The position numbers and the translations under genes were made by a program. Source: a virus (taxonomy: Duplodnaviria > Caudoviricetes). From it: a stretch of DNA of 64,000 nucleotides. The notes below the pieces were generated by a model that worked only from the letters and a program-made list of their open reading frames with translations, searched no databases and was not told the origin of the DNA. Location: the IMG/VR virus record IMGVR_UViG_3300037067_012588; one strand, given 5' to 3'. Below, one piece after another: positions 56,857 through 64,000 of this stretch (position 1 is its first letter; every line of letters begins with the position of its first letter).

Positions 56857-57638
56857 AGCGCCACAATCCTTTCCTTGATATTATGAACCTCAACCTTATC
56901 ACCAGTCGTCCCAGTGAATCCAGAAGAGGCAAATCCAATCCCTATCACGTCCATAAACCTATCAGTGCTTGCCCCAATAGGAATAGCTGTCCCAGCAATA
57001 GTCCCAGCAGGAATGTTGACTTCTCGAACAACAGGGTCGCCTGCCCAATTTTTCATAGTAACAGCAATGTCAAGGCTTTCAGAACCTATCGTTGTTACCG
57101 CCCTGACCTCCAATTGAGCTGCAGCAAAGTTTCCACCATCAGCTCGCAGATTCGGATTCATGCCCGGCCCAAAATCAGCACCGTCCGTGAAATCGATAGC
57201 CGGTCCGTCTGCAACTTCGGCTGTTCCCATTACCAAATCATCTTCACAAAAAACGTTTGTCGCCAACAAAGGCGTGCTTTTTGTGATTTTGTAGACCTGA
57301 TTGAAGTAATCACTGACTCTACATGCCTGAGTCGAAAGATAACCATCCCATCCACCTACAGAGCCAACTGCATTGAAATGAACCTCCATGCCTGAGATAA
57401 CCGTTGGAAGGTTCCCAGCCAATTGAATCCATCGCTTCGCAATGAATCCTTGATCTACCGTGTAATATGGTCGAAGCAAAGCAATCTGAACATCAACATC
57501 GCCAGTCGCATTGACACGCTCGTAATACAAACCACCGCCTGTTTGGTTCACAACAACAAAAGCGTCAGATATGACTTTGTATTGTGCCGCAACACGGTCT
57601 GAAATACCAAGAAGAGCGGAAGAGGAAATTAGAGGCAT
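56853..57638 (-). CDS. putative virion structural protein
   Basis: 261 aa, beta-rich and Gly/Ala-rich, in the neck-tail operon. Confidence 0.6.
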   Translation of the reverse strand: MPLISSSALLGISDRVAAQYKVISDAFVVVNQTGGGLYYERVNATGDVDVQIALLRPYYTVDQGFIAKRWIQLAGNLPTVISGMEVHFNAVGSVGGWDGYLSTQACRVSDYFNQVYKITKSTPLLATNVFCEDDLVMGTAEVADGPAIDFTDGADFGPGMNPNLRADGGNFAAAQLEVRAVTTIGSESLDIAVTMKNWAGDPVVREVNIPAGTIAGTAIPIGASTDRFMDVIGIGFASSGFTGTTGDKVEVHNIKERIVAL

Positions 57639-57886
57639 TTTACTTTAGCCCTTTTCTTGAAATCAACCAACTTGGAACGCATTCCCAAAACCAAATCGAG
57701 AATATATCCTGCACGAACTTCAATAGCTTTAGCATGCTCAGAAAACTTTTCTTCAGTTTTCGAAGAACGCAACGCATTAAGATGTAAACGCAGATAGGCA
57801 TATTGCTGTGCTGACAACTTGAGGTCAGACAGCAACTGAAGATTCATATAATCAGGACATTTTTTAGCGACAAGACCTCGCCGCAT
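57629..57886 (-). CDS. hypothetical protein
   Basis: GGAGG SD. Confidence 0.5.
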   Translation of the reverse strand: MRRGLVAKKCPDYMNLQLLSDLKLSAQQYAYLRLHLNALRSSKTEEKFSEHAKAIEVRAGYILDLVLGMRSKLVDFKKRAKVKCL

Positions 57887-58076
57887 CTCGAACCCTCCGA
57901 ATTTTATTTGCCCACATCTCCAAGTTGTAAATCATTTCATCGACAGTATCTAGGCCTTCCGATGCGTCTTCAGAAAATGTAAAAGACAACCTTGCATCTT
58001 TGTTTTCATCATAAACAGATTCCGCTGAACGAATAGAGTCTGTTATAGCTTTCGAAATATCATCAACACAAGACAT
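57864..58076 (-). CDS. hypothetical protein
   Basis: AGGAGG SD. Confidence 0.6.
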   Translation of the reverse strand: MSCVDDISKAITDSIRSAESVYDENKDARLSFTFSEDASEGLDTVDEMIYNLEMWANKIRRVRDAARSCR

Positions 58077-58123
58077 ACGTTCCTCCTCTCGTCATTGGAA
58101 CGATATAAAAAAATAATACCATA

Positions 58124-58717
58124 TTACGGAATCGGAACAAAAGGTCGCACAATTACAGGCTGAGTCAGGCTGCCTGAAATATCAACCTCACCTCCTCCAT
58201 AGGCAAACTTACTATCTGGAAACGGCTCATGAATCAAGGCAAACCAATCAAATTCTGCCGTTCGAACTGTCCCTTCCTTGTTTGCGTTATAGGTAACACT
58301 TTCAACAAAGCTATCCATGATATATGTTGCAACCAAACCACTATTTGGGTCCCATTTTGATTCGTTCAACACACGCATCTGAAGGTTTTGCGGGTCAGTC
58401 ATCAACTCTGTCAGAATCGAAACGATAGTTGTAATATATTCCACACCAAAAGACTCGTTGTCGTTCCGCACTGTTAACGTACACTGAAAACTGTAACGAG
58501 GACGTTGTGCCCTCGTTACAGCCCATTCATTTGCACCTGTCGTTGGTTCAATTTCAAAACAGGGAAAGGCATCCACAGGAAGAGTCCTGCGCATGCCTTC
58601 GAGAACTGTTAATCCCTTACCTGGTTCATATACCTGAATCACACGATTGATAGAATCCGCATTAGACTCAAGCATACGAATCAACGTAAAAATTATGTTA
58701 TGCGGATTTGTGTACAT
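58124..58717 (-). CDS. putative tail terminator/completion protein
   Basis: size, position and DAFPCFEIEP motif typical of tail terminators. Confidence 0.55.
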   Translation of the reverse strand: MYTNPHNIIFTLIRMLESNADSINRVIQVYEPGKGLTVLEGMRRTLPVDAFPCFEIEPTTGANEWAVTRAQRPRYSFQCTLTVRNDNESFGVEYITTIVSILTELMTDPQNLQMRVLNESKWDPNSGLVATYIMDSFVESVTYNANKEGTVRTAEFDWFALIHEPFPDSKFAYGGGEVDISGSLTQPVIVRPFVPIP

Positions 58718-58728
58718 CGAATCTCCGA

Positions 58729-59760
58729 TTACTTCGCCAAACTCTTGAACTTCGCACGTTCTCCAGAATAATCGAGAGAACCTTCTTTCTCGAATTTGAG
58801 CCCAAGTGGGTTCTTTCCACGCTCAAGAATCTTCCACCCAGAACTACTTTTTGCAGAATACACGTCTTGAGAATGGTCGTCGTATTCAACAAGACAATAA
58901 TCCCAATCGTCAGCAGCACTGCTTTTTGGGTCAGACTTAAACAACTCACTCGTTTCCATCCGACTCGGAAAGAAGATAAAATACTGAGCCTTGACGACTT
59001 TCTTGTCTTCTTTCTCAGCCTTCTTCACCGATGCCTTCACCTCTTTGTAAGCATCAGCCTGTGTCGTCTTCTTCTTGATATACGCATCCACAAGCTTCTT
59101 GGCTTCCTTCTCACCAGCCGCCCCATTCCCAACCACACCCCAATTCTGATAGAGCTTCGGCTGGTTGTTGTCACCAAGACGACCACCAGCAACACCTACC
59201 CCAAACTTTCCATCCTTGTCGCTGAATGCAAAGACACAAAGATGCTTGTTGCTATTACGCTTGCAGTCCTCCCCTGAGCACTCTTTGTGTTCCTGATAGA
59301 CCATGAAACGCTGGAACTCAAGCTTCTCGCCCTTCATTCCTTCTTTCTTCAATCCTTCCAAAACAACCTTCTTCGCCTTGTCAATATCACCAGCAGACGG
59401 CGGGACAATCTTCAAATCCCAAAAAGAAACCAACAGCTTGGCAATGCGAAGCAACTCCGAGGCAATCACCTGACGGTTCATCGAACTCCTCCTTGAAAAA
59501 CAATTACCAACACACTTTCCCGAATCAACGGATACAATCTCGACCATTCCACAATTTTTACACCACACTGGAACACGGTCGGCTTTCAGAGCCATCTCCA
59601 GCATCTTTTTTTTGTCCTTGGTTCGGAAGAACTTTTCAAGGGCTTCCTCGTACTCATCAGGGAGAACACCCATGCCATACTTCTCAAGCTCCTGATCAAA
59701 ATTGACCCGATGCCCACAGCAATCGACATTCGTCATCCAAGGAATAGCCGTTCGATTCAT
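58729..59760 (-). CDS. leader-motif protein with WGR-like region; internal start at 59481
   Basis: AGGAGG-ATG at 59481 gives MNRQVIASELLRIAKLLVS; SNKH...GGRLG...EKEAKKLV..YIKK resembles WGR. Confidence 0.65.
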   Translation of the reverse strand: MNRTAIPWMTNVDCCGHRVNFDQELEKYGMGVLPDEYEEALEKFFRTKDKKKMLEMALKADRVPVWCKNCGMVEIVSVDSGKCVGNCFSRRSSMNRQVIASELLRIAKLLVSFWDLKIVPPSAGDIDKAKKVVLEGLKKEGMKGEKLEFQRFMVYQEHKECSGEDCKRNSNKHLCVFAFSDKDGKFGVGVAGGRLGDNNQPKLYQNWGVVGNGAAGEKEAKKLVDAYIKKKTTQADAYKEVKASVKKAEKEDKKVVKAQYFIFFPSRMETSELFKSDPKSSAADDWDYCLVEYDDHSQDVYSAKSSSGWKILERGKNPLGLKFEKEGSLDYSGERAKFKSLAK

Positions 59761-59783
59761 CGCTCAGCTCCAGAAAACCACTC

Positions 59784-60188
59784 TCAACCGAAGACGGAAA
59801 CAACTATGTCAACAACCTTCCCCAGTGGGAAAAAATTATCAAATTTCTCGTAAAGCCTATCGCTTCTTCCATAAGGGCTTGTATCCGCTATGGACACTGC
59901 ATGGTAGTCTCCCGAAAAATCAAGAATCACATCACACTTGGCAGCTATATCAGAACGGCTATATCCTTCAGCCGTTATAATAAAAAAGTGCCGAGTCCCT
60001 CGGTTTGTGAACCGAACATCAACACTCTCAACGCCATGAATCTTTTTCAACCTCTGCTCGACGATACTCACAACCTTCTTGTGTGCAACCAAGTACAAGT
60101 CAAGCAGGTTAACAATCTCAGAAGACACCTTAGAGGACCCCGTCAACTCATGAGCCATCCCTATTAGTTCTCTGGCGACACGCCTCAT
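59784..60188 (-). CDS. leader-motif protein
   Basis: AAGGAG SD; MRRVARELIGMAHELTG. Confidence 0.7.
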   Translation of the reverse strand: MRRVARELIGMAHELTGSSKVSSEIVNLLDLYLVAHKKVVSIVEQRLKKIHGVESVDVRFTNRGTRHFFIITAEGYSRSDIAAKCDVILDFSGDYHAVSIADTSPYGRSDRLYEKFDNFFPLGKVVDIVVSVFG

Positions 60189-60222
60189 TTTATGTCTCCT
60201 TCTTGGACAAAACTGAACCCAC

Positions 60223-60984
60223 TCAATACGTATTCTGGTTGAAAATACGATAGACGACAGTATCAATAGGGGCATCGAAAAGATTCCGAACTGCCTTGTA
60301 ATCCTCAATGTCGATATTGTATTTCTTGGAAATCTCTTCTTCGATTTTCTTCCGTACCGCCTGACTCATTTCCCTTTGAGTGTCCACGTATTTTACCTGC
60401 GGCAACTCGTTGTTCACGTTTGAATACTCATACAAGTCCCGCATCCCATCGAAGTGGCCAGACTGATAATCCTTGGCTACATCGTCCACATCCTTAGTCG
60501 TTGGACCATCAACCCACCTCACATTAACAGCATTGCCTCCAGCGAAAGACTCAGAACGAACTGAAAATTTGATGGACGGGAACTTCTTCTTCAGAACTGC
60601 CCTGACAGCCTTTGCCGCATCCGCATGGCGAGAAGCAGCCGTCATTGATTTTGCAATACGAGCCACTCTTTCCTCAATGTCTTCAGGTGTCTCTGAGTTA
60701 TCCATATCATCGTTTGCTTCTTGAATGCCTTCAAGAAAAAGTTCATCCTCATCGCCAGTCAAATAGTTCAACACGGCATGAAGTTCTCCAACATGAACAC
60801 GCTCCTCATCAGCAATACTGTGAAGAACGGTCTGAACCTTTGAGTCATCTGTTGACTCAGCAATTGTCTCATAGAGGCTTGTAGCCTCTTCCTCTGCAGC
60901 CAACGCCTGACGAATGGCACGAATAACAGCACCATGCGACATACGTGTTGGAAGAACAGCTTTTGGGTCAACAAATTGAGCCAT
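60223..60984 (-). CDS. ferritin-like domain fused to an LPD29-like domain
   Basis: AEEEA..LY...IADEERVH.GEL diiron motifs; AKAVR..LKKKFP..KFSVRS...V.W.DGP...FDGM.D.Y. Confidence 0.75.
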   Translation of the reverse strand: MAQFVDPKAVLPTRMSHGAVIRAIRQALAAEEEATSLYETIAESTDDSKVQTVLHSIADEERVHVGELHAVLNYLTGDEDELFLEGIQEANDDMDNSETPEDIEERVARIAKSMTAASRHADAAKAVRAVLKKKFPSIKFSVRSESFAGGNAVNVRWVDGPTTKDVDDVAKDYQSGHFDGMRDLYEYSNVNNELPQVKYVDTQREMSQAVRKKIEEEISKKYNIDIEDYKAVRNLFDAPIDTVVYRIFNQNTY

Positions 60985-60997
60985 GACAAACTCTCCT

Positions 60998-61441
60998 TTA
61001 TTTCTTCTTATTCGCAGCCCAAGCTGCCTCAAAACCGCCAGCACCAAAATGCTTGTCGAAAGCTTTTTTGAAAATCAACTTCATGGAAATCTTTCTCGAT
61101 GCAATGTTGTTAAAACGAACACTTATCGAAGGATAAGTCTTTCCAAGATATTTCTTTGAAATCTCTTCTCCGATGTTGTAATCCAAAGACCCAAGAAAAA
61201 TTGCCCTTGGATCTTGATTCTTGCCTCGCTTCAAATAATCAACAATATACTCGACATAATCTGCCTCGAAATCTCTCCTCAACAAATCAACCGCTTTGAC
61301 AATATCATGAATCTGTTCAGGATTGCGAGTATCCACAGACAAATACTGTTCACTCAACGCAGCAAACTGCTTGAACGCAGAATCACCAGCGATCAACTCC
61401 TTAGATATTCTCATCAACTCATCGGCAACACGCTTCATCAT
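60998..61441 (-). CDS. leader-motif protein
   Basis: AAGGAG SD; MMKRVADELMRISKELIAG. Confidence 0.7.
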   Translation of the reverse strand: MMKRVADELMRISKELIAGDSAFKQFAALSEQYLSVDTRNPEQIHDIVKAVDLLRRDFEADYVEYIVDYLKRGKNQDPRAIFLGSLDYNIGEEISKKYLGKTYPSISVRFNNIASRKISMKLIFKKAFDKHFGAGGFEAAWAANKKK

Positions 61442-61449
61442 AATCTCCT

Positions 61450-61938
61450 TTACCAATCCTGTTCTGGAGCAACAGGAGGCATCATCGTAGGAGGCATAGT
61501 ATGACCCATATGACCCGACTTCATACGTTGTCCTGGAAGACGATGTTGCATCCGTCGCATCTTGAAAACTTCCTTGCGACTATCCTCAATAAACGAAGCA
61601 GCCGACTCATTCGTATTCGGGTCAACACCTTGAAACTGAACCTGCAACATCAGTCCAGCCGTCCAATATCTCGCCAAACGTGTCAAAGCTCCAGGAAAAA
61701 TGGACTTCGTTGTTCCATCTGGTTGATATTGGTTAATTTGAACAAGAGGAACCCAATACATATCCTCAAGCATACCGTCGATTTCTCTATCGACCATTTC
61801 TTGGAATCGATTCACGGTCTGCTGATTGATAGAAGCAATCTTACCCTCGCCGATGTTCAAAACACGACATAGGTCACGGATGTCGCTCCATGATCCTGAA
61901 TAATATGGTTTTCCGGTAACAACTGAGATGTCAGGCAC
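61450..61938 (-). CDS. head-tail adaptor (Mu gp36/DUF1320-like)
   Basis: VDREIDGML...Y.VPL...L..LA.Y..A pattern. Confidence 0.65.
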   Translation of the reverse strand: MPDISVVTGKPYYSGSWSDIRDLCRVLNIGEGKIASINQQTVNRFQEMVDREIDGMLEDMYWVPLVQINQYQPDGTTKSIFPGALTRLARYWTAGLMLQVQFQGVDPNTNESAASFIEDSRKEVFKMRRMQHRLPGQRMKSGHMGHTMPPTMMPPVAPEQDW

Positions 61939-61940
61939 TG

Positions 61941-62324
61941 TTATCTCCTAGAGACAAACGCCCACTTCGGTGTAATCTTGGTATATTCTGGGAGACGCTT
62001 TCCATAACCAGCCTCAATCACATCAACAGCCCTAGACTCCATTTCATTCCAGTTAACGCCAAGCTTTTCCATCTCGGCAACAACCTTCTTGGCATCAAAT
62101 GAATCCATCTTGATTGTACGGATTCGCTTTTCACTTGTGGTCATCTCAGCAGCAATGGCATCGTTCTTTGCGGCAGCGTCTTCAATAACCTTCTTCTGCT
62201 GTTCCTGAAGCGAAGCAATCTTGCCAACAAGATCAATCATCTCAGCGGTGTTGTCATTTGACGCTGAGACAAGACTATTGGAAATACGAATCAATTCTTT
62301 TGCAATGGCTTTCTTGTTCATCAC
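61941..62324 (-). CDS. leader-motif protein
   Basis: MNKKAIAKELIRISNSLVSA; AGGAG SD. Confidence 0.7.
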   Translation of the reverse strand: MMNKKAIAKELIRISNSLVSASNDNTAEMIDLVGKIASLQEQQKKVIEDAAAKNDAIAAEMTTSEKRIRTIKMDSFDAKKVVAEMEKLGVNWNEMESRAVDVIEAGYGKRLPEYTKITPKWAFVSRR

Positions 62325-62334
62325 AATCTCCTAT

Positions 62335-62817
62335 TCAACGAAGTCTTGATTCAATGTGGTTTCGTGTATCTTCATCAAGGTCTTCCCATTTAATTTGTTT
62401 CCCGAGATGTTTACCCTCTTTCCCACTGGTAAACTGGGAAACACCACGCCCGCCCTCACTCAACGCCAACATTGGAACTTGTCCACTACTTACAGAATCT
62501 TTCCAATCATCTCCATCAATAACGACAGAATACCTGTCGATGGAGTCTCCGCCATTATCGTAAACACGAACCGATGTATCGTTGTCAATTTTGTGCGTGT
62601 TTTTCTTCATAGTAGACGGATTCGGCGCAGTCTGCTTTGGAGCTGTTTCTTTCGGCGCAGTCTGCTTCGGCCCGTTCTTTTTCAACGTCAACCTCGTGCC
62701 TGGCTTGACATTGTGATTCTTCTTGTAATCATCAAGCTCCTTCTTGGTATCGAACTCCATACCAACAAGAAGACTTGCAATATAAACCAGTTCCTTTGCA
62801 ACCGTTCGATGACTCAT
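62335..62817 (-). CDS. leader-motif protein
   Basis: MSHRTVAKELVYIASLLVGMEFD; PKQTAPKETAPKQTAP repeats; VYDNGG...DRYSV domain. Confidence 0.75.
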   Translation of the reverse strand: MSHRTVAKELVYIASLLVGMEFDTKKELDDYKKNHNVKPGTRLTLKKNGPKQTAPKETAPKQTAPNPSTMKKNTHKIDNDTSVRVYDNGGDSIDRYSVVIDGDDWKDSVSSGQVPMLALSEGGRGVSQFTSGKEGKHLGKQIKWEDLDEDTRNHIESRLR

Positions 62818-63527
62818 GACTTTCCTCCCTTGAGAATACCTTCCATCAACTTCTTCGCTTTCGAAAGTTGAGCAATGTCAGATTTCTTCCATTCATCACG
62901 AGGATTGGCGATGTAACCCTTGACCTTACTAAGAGCCTTCTCCATAACATCACGGTCTACCTCATGGCCGCCACCAGAACTCGATGAAACCTGATAGATA
63001 GGGTCACTACCCGAGTCGTGCCACTGACCAAGAAGCTCAGCCAAATCCTTATGCGTTTTCACCTTTTTCGGGGCAGTTTCTTCTTTCTGTTCTTCTTTTT
63101 TCTGTCCACCAATATGTTCTTCAAGAAGCTTTTTTGCCTTAGAGAGTTTATCCAACTCATCCTTTGGCCATTCTGGTGCCGGGTTTTTCAGATAACCATC
63201 AATCACACCAACAGCCTCTTTCATGCGCTCACGCCCAAGAGCAAAGCCACTCTTTGAGTAATTCGAAACATCGGAAATCGAATCAAATCCTCCACTGGTC
63301 CACTTCCTCAGAAGCTTGCCAAGCTCTTCATGCGGAACAACCTTTCCATCATCCTTCTTTTCTGGAGAACTCTTCTCACCATCTTTCTTTTTGACCGTAT
63401 GGTTGCTCTTTTCTGCTCCAGGATGGTCTTTAAGATATTTCTTCAGTGCAGCATCAGAGTCAAACTCCATGCCCAACAAATCTTTAGCACAAAGAAGCAA
63501 TTCAGAAGCAATAGCTTTCTTATTCAT
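62814..63527 (-). CDS. leader-motif protein with an internal tandem domain duplication
   Basis: MNKKAIASELLLCAKDLLGMEFD; two copies of H..L..LL..W..G.D.I..VS...EW.K.....LSKAKKL. Confidence 0.75.
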   Translation of the reverse strand: MNKKAIASELLLCAKDLLGMEFDSDAALKKYLKDHPGAEKSNHTVKKKDGEKSSPEKKDDGKVVPHEELGKLLRKWTSGGFDSISDVSNYSKSGFALGRERMKEAVGVIDGYLKNPAPEWPKDELDKLSKAKKLLEEHIGGQKKEEQKEETAPKKVKTHKDLAELLGQWHDSGSDPIYQVSSSSGGGHEVDRDVMEKALSKVKGYIANPRDEWKKSDIAQLSKAKKLMEGILKGGKS

Positions 63528-63528
63528 C

Positions 63529-63852
63529 TCAAACTCTCCTCGATCCACGTCTAGAACCTTTAACACCAAGAACCCCATCCAAACCAATTCGAGAAACTTC
63601 TGAATCTGGTAAGGCTGCCTGAATTCGACGTGAAAGATTTGAAATATCGTTCTCCGTCTTTCCAGAAGCAATCACAACAACATCATATCCAGAACCACCA
63701 GCAACACGAGACTGGGCATGTTCTCCATCCATTACCATCGCCTTGGAGTCTTTGAATGCCAAGCGAACTTCACGACGAACGGACTCCATAACAAAAGCGG
63801 AGCCAATCAGTCGACGAATTTCTTTGAGTTCTGCTCCAAGGTCTATCTTCAC
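63529..63852 (-). CDS. hypothetical protein with a divergent leader motif
   Basis: MKIDLGAELKEIRRLIG. Confidence 0.6.
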   Translation of the reverse strand: MKIDLGAELKEIRRLIGSAFVMESVRREVRLAFKDSKAMVMDGEHAQSRVAGGSGYDVVVIASGKTENDISNLSRRIQAALPDSEVSRIGLDGVLGVKGSRRGSRRV

Positions 63853-63854
63853 GT

Positions 63855-64000
63855 TTATTCCTCATCGTCATTGACAGCAGCAAGCACTTTACCAAAATCT
63901 GACACAGGCATATCTTGAATACGTTTCTTTGCACGATTGAACTCTTCAGGAGAATCGTAATTTCCAGGCTTCATGTTTTTCAAAAAAGCAGCTTTCAATT
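63855..64000 (-). CDS. partial CDS (3' end, runs off the window)
   Basis: hand translation ...LKAAFLKNMKPGNYDSPEEFNRAKKRIQDMPVSDFGKVLAAVNDDEE*. Confidence 0.55.
   Translation of the reverse strand, partial: LKAAFLKNMKPGNYDSPEEFNRAKKRIQDMPVSDFGKVLAAVNDDEE

Noticed and set aside
373-63918. Plus-strand ORFs other than 2374..3018 (e.g. 5394..6245, 28752..29819, 53798..54619)
   Set aside because: Antisense shadows of well-supported minus-strand genes, with no recognisable motifs
1-64000. Alternative genetic code (stop reassignment), as in some large phages
   Set aside because: Long conserved genes (nrdD, TMP, MTases) are intact in code 11, and TAA, TAG and TGA all end genes at sensible, often coupled, positions
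1-64000. CRISPR array, tRNA or rRNA genes, inteins
   Set aside because: No regularly spaced repeats, cloverleaf or intein termini seen by eye; tRNAscan/CRISPR tools were not run, so short RNAs could be missed

Overview
This 64 kb window is a segment of a large tailed dsDNA phage genome, probably of an anaerobic host because it encodes class III RNR (nrdD) and its activase (nrdG). Standard code; almost every credible gene is on the minus strand. Left part (1-22 kb): accessory and host-takeover genes, including an AAA+ ATPase, MazG, a Mom-like modifier (the only plus-strand gene), vWA, macrodomain, DUF4326, a stand-alone RNAP alpha-CTD, a nucleotidyltransferase and an Apyc1-like MBL hydrolase. 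About 16 paralogous Cys-rich proteins sharing a CxxC...C...P-x-x-C-P-[FY]-x-x-E-H module are scattered through it. Middle (22-35 kb): four tandem ParB-N/DNA-methyltransferase fusions (one with a PLP-enzyme domain inserted), nrdD, glutaredoxins, and an endonuclease-VII gene flanked by a 66-bp duplication. Right part (35-64 kb): the tail and neck module, with a multi-Ig protein, tail-tip proteins, a 2025-aa tape measure, three tail-tube-like paralogs and three chaperone-like paralogs. One tube gene is split by an ORF-less 271-nt group I intron next to a frameshifted free-standing LAGLIDADG gene. A block of otherwise unrelated proteins shares a short A-x-E-L-x-x-I-A-x-x-L leader, a candidate capsid-packaging or processing tag. 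All calls come from motif reading by eye; no database searches were run. Many starts were re-chosen using Shine-Dalgarno sites and stop/start overlaps.
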